A stretch of 64,000 bases of DNA from Felis catus (lineage: Eukaryota). Location: contig NC_058368.1 in NCBI RefSeq assembly GCF_018350175.1, positions 37,450,001 to 37,514,000 of the forward strand, given 5' to 3'. The notes under the pieces are model-generated. The model was not told the origin of the DNA. It saw nothing but the letters and a program-made list of their open reading frames with translations, and did no database searches. Made by a program: the position numbers and the translations under genes. This document shows positions 36,640-46,759 of this stretch, in pieces; the first letter of the stretch is position 1; each line of letters starts with the position of its first letter.

Positions 36640-36663
36640 ACCTGCAGAAAAATAAGCATTGAC

Positions 36664-36745
36664 CTAGAAACAAAAAGAAAAAAACAAGGCCTGTGAGTTG
36701 AAGGATTTATTTTAGCTTGACTTCTAATCAAAGTGACTTACTCAC
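36664..36745 (-). other. Candidate 82-nt spliceosomal intron
   Basis: On -: TGG|GTGAGT donor, CTCAC branch site 30 nt upstream of the acceptor, ~20-nt pyrimidine tract, TTTCTAG|G acceptor. Confidence 0.35.
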
Positions 36746-37723
36746 CCAAAAGCAGGGAACAAACTGACATTTACATAGTAGACTTGGCATGAGGTACAGA
36801 AATAAATTCACATACACATATTCCCAGGTTATAAGTATTCATTTTCCCAGTTCCCTGTATAATACCCTCAGGGAGTTGAATTATAAAACTAAAATAAATA
36901 CCATCAAAGCCCTACCTTTCAAATTATAAAGGAAATATTCAGTTGTAGTTTAGAAAAATGAAAGAGCAAATAGATTGTATCCACATGAATAAAAGTTTAT
37001 AGTAGGCCCAGAATTACCTGTAGTACAAGACAGATTCAATGAGATTTATGTAATGATACGTTAGCACGGAAAAGTGTCTAGTTCTACAGAGTGGTTATGC
37101 TCTTATATAAAATAAATCAACTTTTCATAGAACATACCGGTGTTAAGTACGTAAAGAAAATATTTGGTGATCTTGTCGCAGAAGGATCACCAATGGACCC
37201 TGTTAGAAATACAGATATGTTATAAATTCAGATGCTATAAATGCAGATATGCAGTCACATTAGGGACCTAATTACAGTGTCAAGGTTTTAAAAATTCATA
37301 AGTTTTGCTAAACCTTCTTCACGTTATGAATTAAAAAGTATTTTTAATTGTTAAATTTTAAAACACTCTAAGTAGTTCTGACACAGAGACACATGGCAAA
37401 AATTCATGGTAATTTCTTGCAAATGAACAGAAAAATGCTTGCAGAGTAGTTCATCTGTATATAGTAATTAAACTGGTTGATGGCGATGGTGATCTCACAA
37501 CTTCCGTTTCCTGAATGGGTATAGTAATTTAGACCAAAGGTTGTCCTGGTAATAAAGCAAGTATATATCCCGTATTAGCAAGATCACTATTTTTCTGCTC
37601 TAGTCCATCTCTTCCCTGCAATCTTCTTTCTTACCTACCTTCTCCCAAATGCCTCACTGTCTCTCTACTTTTTTTATTTTCCCGTATTCTTTGGAGAGTA
37701 GCATTTTTCCCCCCCATTTTCTC

Positions 37724-37812
37724 CAGAATTTCCCAAGGAAATAGGAGAAAGTAGAGATTTAGCATCAGAATTTCCCAAGGAAGTATGAGAAAGTAGAGAT
37801 TTAGTATCAGAA
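37724..37812. repeat. 42-bp tandem duplication (about 2.1 copies)
   Basis: cagaatttcccaaggaa(a/g)ta(g/t)gagaaagtagagatttag(c/t)at twice, 3 mismatches. Confidence 0.95.
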
Positions 37813-38012
37813 GTTGGAATATCAAATAATGCTAGGTGTTTCTTTATGAGAATGAAAAAAACCAAACAGATTTGCTAAAGCTGCTGTCTGTAGAGCTGAC
37901 AGAACCTCGCAGAAGGCAACTATTTATTATTTCATAAAAGATCAGTAACATTCTCCTTATCTCCCCAGTTTCCCAAATTTTAGGCTGTCCACTATAAATC
38001 CTGTCTATTTCA

Positions 38013-38222
38013 GGGGCACCTGGGTGGCTCTGTCAGTTAAGCAGCCGACTTAATTTTGGCTCACGTCATGATCTCGCGGTTTGTGAGTTTGAGTCCCACG
38101 GGTGGGCCCTGCACTGACAGTGTGGAGCCTGCTTGCAATTCTCTGTCTCCCACTCTTGCTCTCTATTTCTCTCTCTCAAAAATTAGAAACAAACAAACGA
38201 ACATTAAATAAATGAATAAATA
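38013..38222 (+). mobile_element. Can-SINE
   Basis: ggggcacctgggtggctctgtcagttaagc head. Confidence 0.9.
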
Positions 38223-38727
38223 ATATTTCAAAGTGCGTGTCCCCATTTTCATCCTTAGGAATTCATCCAAATAGTTATTGGGAAAATAACCATTACACCC
38301 ATTAAGAGAATTCAGTATGTTCACTTTTATCCCACGTAGTGTATCAGCTAGATGACTCTGCCCAGGCCCTGTAGGTTCTGTGACAGTGAGTCATTTGTTA
38401 GTCACTTGGGTGAAAAAATATTTTTTTGAGGAATTTTGTATGGTTCACAGTGCAGGATAGTCATGCAGGGACAGAAGAAATCAATAATAACGTTTAAGAC
38501 ACTGCTAATGCTTGAAAAGATTAAGTAACAGATATTTTCAAAAGTTTAAAGAAACTAATGTGACACCCCCCCCCCACTACAGGTGATTATAGTGAATAAA
38601 AGAATAAAGTAAACATCACTGGCAATTGTTCCTAAAATCAGGTGTAAATTTGAAGGTCAAAATAGGATTTAAAAACATTTCTTAAACTTAATTAAAAGTC
38701 TCTAACTTTTATAAATACCTAATATGT

Positions 38728-38790
38728 TTAATTTTTTTAATTTTTATTTTTTTAAAGTTTTTATTTATTTTGAGAGAGACTAGGGGAGGA

Positions 38791-38823
<33 letters not shown>

Positions 38824-38948
38824 CGCAGGCAGGCTCCATGTTCCCAGTACAGAGCCCAATGACATGGGGCTTGATCTCATGAAATGTGAGATCATGACCT
38901 GAGCTTAAATCAAAAGTCAGACATTTAACCTACTGAGCCACCCAGGGG
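38728..38948 (-). mobile_element. Can-SINE
   Basis: polyT, (GA)n, antisense head; TSD atat(g/a)tttaatttt. Confidence 0.9.
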
Positions 38949-39163
38949 ATATATTTAATTTTCTATGTATGCCTAGATGAATTCTTCAGGAAATTTGTTC
39001 ACCAGAGTAAATTTAAATATCCAGCTCTGAATTTAAAAAGAATGTTCATAATGCCTTTATGAATGGAAAGAATGGAAATTGAAAACAAAATATAAATAGA
39101 ATACAAAACTGATTAAGGAATTATAAATGACTGAGAAAATTGTGACAAAAAACCTAGGAAATA

Positions 39164-39247
39164 TTTCTTCTTCTTCTTCTTCTTCTTCTTCTTCTTCTTC
39201 TTCTTCTTCTTCTTCTTCTTTTTCTCCTTCTTCTTCTTCTTCTTCTT
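39164..39247. repeat. (TTC)n/(GAA)n trinucleotide repeat
   Basis: About 27 units with one short interruption. Confidence 0.97.
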
Positions 39248-39401
39248 TTAAATAAGAGTAGGACATTTCATTCCTGGGTACTTTGATATTTAGACATGAA
39301 AATCAGTTTTTCTCATAAGGTGCTGTTTGTTTTTTACAGTAATTATTTTGCTACTTGTCCTTATTGATAGACATAAGTTGGTGATTAATAAATGGGTCCT
39401 A

Positions 39402-39650
39402 GGGGCGCCTGGGTGGCGCAGTCGGTTAAGCGTCCGACTTCAGCCAGGTCACGATCTCGCGGTCCGTGAGTTCGAGCCCCACGTCAGACTCTGGGCTGAT
39501 GGCTCAGAGCCTGGAGCCTGTTTCCGATTCTGTGTCTCCCTCTCTCTCTGCCCCTCCTCTCTCTCTGCCCCTCCCCCGTTCATGCTCTGTCTCTCTCTGT
39601 CCCAAAAATAAATAAACGTTGGAAAAAAAAAATTAAAAAAATAAAATAAA
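39402..39650 (+). mobile_element. Young feline Can-SINE with internal ~15-bp duplication
   Basis: Consensus head; ctctctctgcccctc twice; TSD aataaatgggtccta. Confidence 0.97.
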
Positions 39651-40447
39651 ATAAATGGGTCCTAATTAGTTTACTACCTAATGTAGAGTAGTGAATAGGT
39701 TCAAAGTTTAATGGTCTCCTAACTTCAAAAGACTAATAATGTATTACAGGGCTTTGTGAAATTTTTATGTTATATGTTTTTAAATAAGTCATGAAAATCA
39801 TCTATGATTTAGTGATCCCTAAAAATCATATGATGTTACCTGGTGCAACAGTCACTCTTGTGGAAAACTAAATTAAAACTGTAGCTAGTGGGAAATTCAT
39901 ATTAGATTGAAATATTTCACTAATATTTATTGTGAACTTTTTAATAAACAATTATTAAATCATGAATATTTTAAAGGTGTGGTAGTGAGTGTGGATGTTT
40001 TCCTCAGTACATATATATCATTGTTGAAATGTGCCAGGTTGTAGCCTCTTGTATATTAGCAGTAGTTGTATGTTTTATTTTATCTAAACTTTCAACTGCA
40101 TTATTGTTTGAGAAGCAAAGAGCAACTATCTTTCAACTAGTGGGGTTTAAATAATGAAGGGAAATCTCTGAGTCTAATGCTACTTTGTTTGAAATATATC
40201 TCTCTCAGATGATGGGTAAGTGTACCAGCTCATCAGGTGCTGTTTTTACTTCTGTGCTTCCATGGTAACAAATTATCTTCACCTTAACCAGAATATCTCA
40301 TACAAAGTCCTCTAAAGTAAATTGATCTGTTGGTAATAACACAGAACCAAATCAAATGATTTATCTTGGGGAGTAAAATTAAAAATAGAAACACACACTT
40401 TGCCCAGAATCCAGGTAGAAAAAAGATAACTTAAAAAATCTAATAAT

Positions 40448-40651
40448 AGGGGCACCTGGGTGGCTCAGTTGGTTGAGCCACTGACTCTTGATTTTGGCTC
40501 AGGTCTTGATCCCAGGGTTGTGGGAGAGAGCCGTGTGTCGAGTTCCACACTCAGCATGGGGGCTGCTTAAGATTCTCTCTCTCCCCCTCTGCTTCTGCCC
40601 CTCTCCTCCCCTCATGTCTCTCTTTTTCTCACTTTAAAATAAATTTTAAAA
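40448..40651 (+). mobile_element. Can-SINE (older)
   Basis: Sense copy; TSD atctaataata. Confidence 0.9.
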
Positions 40652-41659
40652 AGATCTAATAATAAATTAGATTGGTTGATGGCTGAATAGACCTAAATCA
40701 GACATTTCAACCTTTCATTTTCTATAGATAACTATTTGTTGCCTATATAGTAAATAAACATATTTATGTTTCTTCAGTGTATCTGAATGATGTAGGGACA
40801 TTACTTTTCATAAAGGCTATATATAAAAAAATAGAAATGAATCTAACAACATGCAAAAATTTCTTCATATTTAGAATTAAAGTATAAGAAAATGTTTTAT
40901 GTGTGGACTTATCATGGCAATTTTTCAAGTTGAGTTCAAAATTAATTCAGATTTTTACAATAATGGGAGCCAAACTCTGTGAATTAAGTTTTAAATCAAA
41001 TAAAGCAGTAGCAAGGCTGTCCTTTACTTAACATTACTTAATTTTGCTTTAATTTTTATTTTGTAGTTTCTGAGAGTTGAGGTGGTAATTTATCTTTTTA
41101 TTTTACATGTCAAAAATATAAAATTACAGTCTATATTAGTGTTTTTTTAATGTTTGTATGTTATTTAATTATATATCTATACCTAATTAACTAAACCATT
41201 ACTCTTCCTTTGGATGTGTAGGCTGTTTCAATATTTTTAACTTACTGACAAGATTGTGATGGCTTCTTCTTGAATATAGCTTATAATTACCAGTTTGCTA
41301 TTATTTGTATGCCAGGATGTGGGATCTCAGGGTCAGTTTATTTGAACATTTAACAAGTCTTTCCAAATGATAGTGCAATATACATTTCAAAGTTGGGAGA
41401 CAGTGTAAGATGTCTCACAAGTTTAAATGAGCCAACAAGTTCAGAGCAAGGTTTTTGTTCAGTATGCTGGAGTCCAACTCCTTCATCAAGCTGGGTGCTA
41501 TATGGTGTGATAAAACATGAAACAAACCAGATGAACCAGGCTATTCCCCTCCATGGGTGTTCCCTTCAGCATTAGAATACATACATGTCTAACTTTGGCC
41601 ACAGGTTTTAGAAAATAAATGATCTTCAGATGGCAGAAGGCTAACCTGGGTAAAATAAT

Positions 41660-41686
41660 TTTAAACTTTTTTTTTAATGTTTATTT

Positions 41687-41740
<54 letters not shown>

Positions 41741-41896
41741 TGCAAGCAAGGGAGGGACAGAGAGGGAGACACAGAATCTCAAGCAGTCTCTGAGCTGTCA
41801 GCACAGAGCCCGATGTGGGGCTGGAACTCATGGACCGTGAGATCATGACCGGAGCCAAAATTGGACGCTCAACCGACTGAGCCACACAGGCACCCC
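41660..41896 (-). mobile_element. Can-SINE
   Basis: Antisense copy; TSD aacctgg(g)gtaaaataatttta. Confidence 0.93.
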
Positions 41897-42064
41897 CAAC
41901 CTGGGTAAAATAATTTTAGAAAAATTAGATCAGAGCCATAATAAAACTGGAACTTCTATGACTTATTCATAGTTAACCAGAAGTAGGTTTGAAGAACCTC
42001 GATTTGTCGTTTTCCCTGATAGGCATCCTTAGCAATGAGAGATGGTATAAATAATGGTACTCCA

Positions 42065-42305
42065 GGGGCGCCTGGGTGGCGCAGTCGGTTAAGCGTCCGA
42101 CTTCAGCCAGGTCACGATCTCACGGTCCGGGAGTTCGAGCCCCGCGTCAGGCTCTGGGTGATGGCTCAGAGCCTGGAGCCTGTTTCTGATTCTGTGTCTC
42201 CCTCTCTCTCTGCCCCTCCCCCATTCATGCTCTGTCTCTCTCTGTCCCAAAAATAAATAAACGTTGAAAAAAATAAATAAATAAATAAAATAAAAAATAA
42301 AAAAA
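42065..42305 (+). mobile_element. Young feline Can-SINE (SINEC_Fc)
   Basis: Near-consensus; TSD aaataatggtactc. Confidence 0.97.
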
Positions 42306-42406
42306 ATAATGGTACTCTGAGGCAATAGCACACATGACATGGATTGGACTTTGATCTCTTCAAGTAATTGTCAATTCTAGGGACACGTGAAGAGCTACAT
42401 GTTATA

Positions 42407-42878
42407 TTTTATTTTATTTTATTTTATTTTATTTATTTATTTTAACGTACATCCAAGTTAGCATATAGTGCAACAATGATTTCAGGAGTAGATTCCTTAA
42501 TGCTCCTTACCCATTTAGCTCATCCCTCCTCCCACAACTCCTCCAGTAACCCTCTGTTTGTTCTCCATCTTTAAGAGTCTCTTATGTTTTTGTCCTCCCA
42601 GTTTTTATATTATTTTTGCTTCCCTTCCATGTGTTCATCTGTTCTGTGTCCTAAAGTCCTCATATGAGTGAAGTCCTATGATATTTATCTTTCTCTGACT
42701 AATTTTGCTTAGCATAATAGCCTCTAGTTCCATCCACGTAGTTGCAAATGGCAAGATTTCATTCTTTTTGATTGCTGAGTAATACTCCATTGTGTGTGTG
42801 TGTGTGTGTGTATGTATATATATATATATACATATATATGACATCTTCTTTATCCATTCATCCATCAATGGACATTTG
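42407..42878 (-). mobile_element. 5'-truncated carnivore/feline L1 (ORF2 end + 3'UTR)
   Basis: ORF 42635-42868 contains MEYYSAIKKNEILPFATTWMELEAIMLSKISQ (L1 ORF2 C-terminus); 20-bp TSD gtgaagagctacat(g/a)ttata at 42387-42406 and 42879-42898. Confidence 0.96.
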
Positions 42879-42929
42879 GTGAAGAGCTACATATTATAAA
42901 ACCTTTACAGAAGGAAAAATCCTTAGACT

Positions 42930-43440
42930 TTCCTATTTTGAAATACTTTTGTATTTACAGAAGAATTGCATAGATAGTACAGAGGAATCCCATACATCCT
43001 TCACCTACTATCTCCTAATGTTAACACCTTACACAACCATGGTACATTTATTGAAATTTAGATGTTAACATTGGTACAGTACTATAAAGGAAATTATAGA
43101 CTTTTCTCAGACTTCACCAGTTTCTTTCAATGTCGTTTTTCTATTTTAGGATCCAATCCATGATACTATTGTTGCATTTAGTTGTCATGACTCATCTCCT
43201 ACAAGCTGACTGTTTTTTCAGGTTTTTTCTTGTGCTTCATGACTTGGACACTTTTTGAAGAGCACTGGTCAGATATATTTTCAGATGGCCACCAATCTGC
43301 TGTTTTGTCATGATTAGATGAGGTTATGTATTTTGGATAAGAACACCCCCAAGCTGATGTGCCCTTCTTATCGCATCTTTTCAGGAGGTATATGATATCA
43401 ACATGACTTATTGATGGTGATGTGTAACCCTGATCACTTA
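42930..43440 (-). mobile_element. Old L1 (L1MC-like) 3'UTR fragment
   Basis: ttttgaaatacttttgtatttacagaagaattgcatagatagtacagagg...caatccatgatactattgttgcatttagttgtcatg. Confidence 0.8.
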
Positions 43441-44749
43441 TGTAGGAACTCTTATTTTTAAAGATAATTTTGTTCCAATGGAAACAGTTCACATTTTATA
43501 ATGAAGCCATACATTTTAATAATATGGATAGCATTTTAGCTAAAATCACAAAAACTTCAGATAGTGATAGTTCTCTACTGTTAATGTACTGTTACCCTAT
43601 AAGCACTGAAAAAAATCAGAATAGAATCTACTAAAGGCTGATACATTTATATAACTGCTTATGGTATCTTTTAACTGCCCTATATCTTTTAACTTTGAAA
43701 TGTCTCCATAGCCTACTGAATAAAATAACAGTAGAAGTCTACGAGCTGATATGCAGTTAACTGAATTACTAGATTAACTCTTATTCTTCACAGTCTGCAA
43801 AAACTACTGATTCCCAAAACATGATTTACATGTACATGGGCTGGTGATAGTACTCTGCTGTACTCATACACTACTTTTTCAACTCATTGAGTTGAATGCT
43901 TACTAACGTCTATCTTGTTTATTCCCAACTGAGTTCATGCAACTGAATTTATTATAGTGTTACATAAATTAATTAAATATTCGGTACACATAAGATTTGT
44001 GATGAAGGTGATGATTAGAATACAAACAAGGCAATTGAAATCATTTAAAATTCAGTGTGGATAACTGTAAATGGTAAAATACCTTGTAAATTTTAGAATA
44101 ATTCTCAGACTTCTAGGAAAATGTGTTCAATTTATATAGATGTTTCTTAGAAGAAAGTGGGAAATCATAAGTCAGGTAAAAAAAAGATAAGGAATGCAAC
44201 TAGTTATCAACAAAAAGGACTTAACCTCTATATCAAAAGATTGGCAGGTGAAAATACATTTAAGTAGTATAAGCTCAAATCACTAAAAGTTCTTGCCCTG
44301 CTTAAGCAAAAGCTAAATATAGAAACATGCTTGAAATAATTAATACTTATTTATTCCCTCATTTACCCACCCATTTCTAAAAAAAAAATAATATTACTCA
44401 TTGTCTGTAACCTGGCACTGTGTTCAACATTAGAAAAAAAAAATGTACTGGCCTGGCCAATGTTCACATGAAACACATAGTTTAACTTCGAAAACATGAA
44501 ATGATATAAGAACAAGGCAAACATAAGGTTTTATAAAAATAATATAGAATAACAAGGGAGAATATAAAGGGATGATGAAATTTACATCGTGGGGCCAAAA
44601 TGGACTTTCATAGGAAGGCTCATTACATTTGAAACCAAAGGAATTGTATAATGCAATAATGAAGCAGAGAAGCTGAGAAAATAGCAGATAGACCCTGAAT
44701 GAGAAGAAAACTCGGTACATTTGTGGACTTGGAAAAAGAGTTTTGTACA

Positions 44750-45350
44750 TGAAGTAGTGCTTGGTGAAGATTGGAAGAGTACAACAACAGCAACAACAAA
44801 AAAACAAACAAACAAAAACATTGCTTGTGAAGAAATATAGACAACCACTACAGAGGAACAATTGCCCAAGGTAGAGAATGGGGAAGCACTATGAATGAAG
44901 GACCGACCACAGAGCATAAGCACCAGGAATGAAACCCAGCCTTTGGTGAAGAATCAAAAGACACTATAGACGGCAATGGAAGAAAGAACACTAAGGACAA
45001 AACACTAACCAGGATGCAGAATGAAAAAGCACTGCAGATGGAGCGGTGCCAGTCGTGAAGAATGAAGAGCCTGTGGAAGGAGCAGAGCCTGATGTGAGCA
45101 GTGGGAAACCATTACAGATGGAGCTTGTCGTAACAAGTGCCAGAGCACTGCAGGGAAAGAGGTGTCTTTGGAAATAAATTGAAAGTGCTATAGATGAATC
45201 ACTGCCTGTGATGAAGAATGGAAAGGTGACATGGTGAAAAGCCTGTGGGGAAAAATGGAAGAATCCTAAGTTTGATGCTCTGCATTTGATGAGTACAATG
45301 GGCAAAGTGCTACCTGTGGTGATGAATGCAAGAACACTGTGGATAGGACA
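44750..45350. repeat. Degenerate ~41-bp minisatellite (~14 decayed units)
   Basis: Recurrent (g/t)gtgaagaatgg/a and gcact...gatgga; by-eye consensus gcactgcctgtggtgaagaatggaagagcactatagatgga. Confidence 0.7.
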
Positions 45351-45849
45351 TAAACCCTTATAGGAAAATGACAGATCCAATTACATAAGCTTAAGATGTT
45401 CTAGTCATCAATGTACACATTCTAAATGAAATGGGCAGCCAAAACTTATAAAGATTTGAAAATTTTTCAAGAACTGTGTTTCAACGTCAGTCTAAGTACC
45501 AGGGGTTTCCAGAGTATTAAAGCAATTCTCATAACCCAACATAAAAAATAGGCAAACAAATGTTCTACAAACACTTTACCAAGTGGGAAATCTACATGGC
45601 CGTGAAACAAAAAACATTTAGTTTCACTAATAGTCAGTAAATGAAACCTAAATGATATAGACAAAAATCACAAATGGCTTACAATACTAAATTATGTCAA
45701 GGTTAGGGAGCCACCCTGAACTCTCTTGAACATGCCAGTGAAAGTCTATTTTGAAAAGAATTTGGCTTTAGGTAATAACAGTTGGTTAGTCTCATAAAAT
45801 CTGCCTATTGCTATCCTGGGCATGTAACCTAGAGAAAGTCTCCTAGTTG

Positions 45850-46533
45850 TGATGAGCGAGCATGGGGCAGGCTAAGGACAGAGTGCAAGCTAGCACACAC
45901 CCCCTCCCCCCAGGTGGGATGTGTGTTATATCCTTCAGGCACTCTTGGCTGCCCAAGGACAATGGAAAGGAAAGAAAAAAATGACTAACTGATAGAGATC
46001 ACAGTCATACAGGACATGGGTCTCCATCAGTTTGCAAATATCTTAGTAAATTACAAGAAAAAGGCGATCTATAGCCTACTCTCCAGAAACTTATAGACTC
46101 AGTTTCCTGGAGCCTCAACATCACTCCTCAGTGATATGGGAAACAAAGGCAAGAAGGAAATGGCAGGTAAAATTAAATTTCCTCATAACCTGCAGCCAAA
46201 TACTTGAGACAAATACAGAGTTCTCCAGGACCCCCCTAGCGTCCTAATGTTAATGTCTTACTAGAGGGAAAACAATCTTAGTTTGACAATACCAAGGCCT
46301 TGGGCAGCTTAGGAGTCCTCTTTAGCAGATGAAAGTCCCTCTGGAGGCCTCCCTTTAGACTTTTCCTCCCCAACTTCTTAGTATAGAACTAGCCACTCTT
46401 CACAACCCCAGTGCAGCTCTTTCTGCCCACGGCCCTGTCCCTGAGATCACCTTTTTGCATCAAAGATGTCTTCAAGAATTCTTTCTTCGTCGTCGGCTCC
46501 AGACCTCCACACCATCACCCCAAAACCTCATCA
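45850..46533 (+). mobile_element. ERV1-class carnivore solo LTR
   Basis: Perfect 7-bp inverted termini TGATGAG...CTCATCA; exact 4-bp TSD GTTG (45846-45849, 46534-46537). Confidence 0.92.
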
Positions 46534-46759
46534 GTTGTTCCTGAAGAGACATTGGCAATAATATTCATAGGAACATTTATTATATTGTAAAGCCCCATCA
46601 GTATTAGATCAGGGAAAAAATAATCATGGTGTAATCATAAAATGGAAAAATGCAAAAAAGTCACAACACAACATGCTACATTTGTCAGTGTAGGTGAATA
46701 CAGTCAATGTTGAGGAAAGAAAGAGAGTCATGAAAGAAAGCTTACAGATGAACAGTTTC

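Larger units (their letters stand above)
44560..46740 (+). mobile_element. Very old L1 (L1ME-like) ORF2 3' fragments, interrupted by a minisatellite and an LTR
   Basis: aacatttagtttcactaatagtcagtaaatgaaacctaaa; gctatcctgggcatgtaacctagagaaa; weak similarity. Confidence 0.55.

Noticed and set aside
39057..39266. Poly-glutamate ORF
   Set aside because: By-product of the (GAA)n microsatellite
44750..45350. CRISPR-like periodicity
   Set aside because: Mammalian context, degenerate contiguous units, no constant repeat with unique spacers, and no cas genes
44430..45380. 143, 113 and 129 aa - strand ORFs
   Set aside because: Antisense to purine-rich L1 and minisatellite sequence; Phe/Cys/Ser-biased, with no homology recognised
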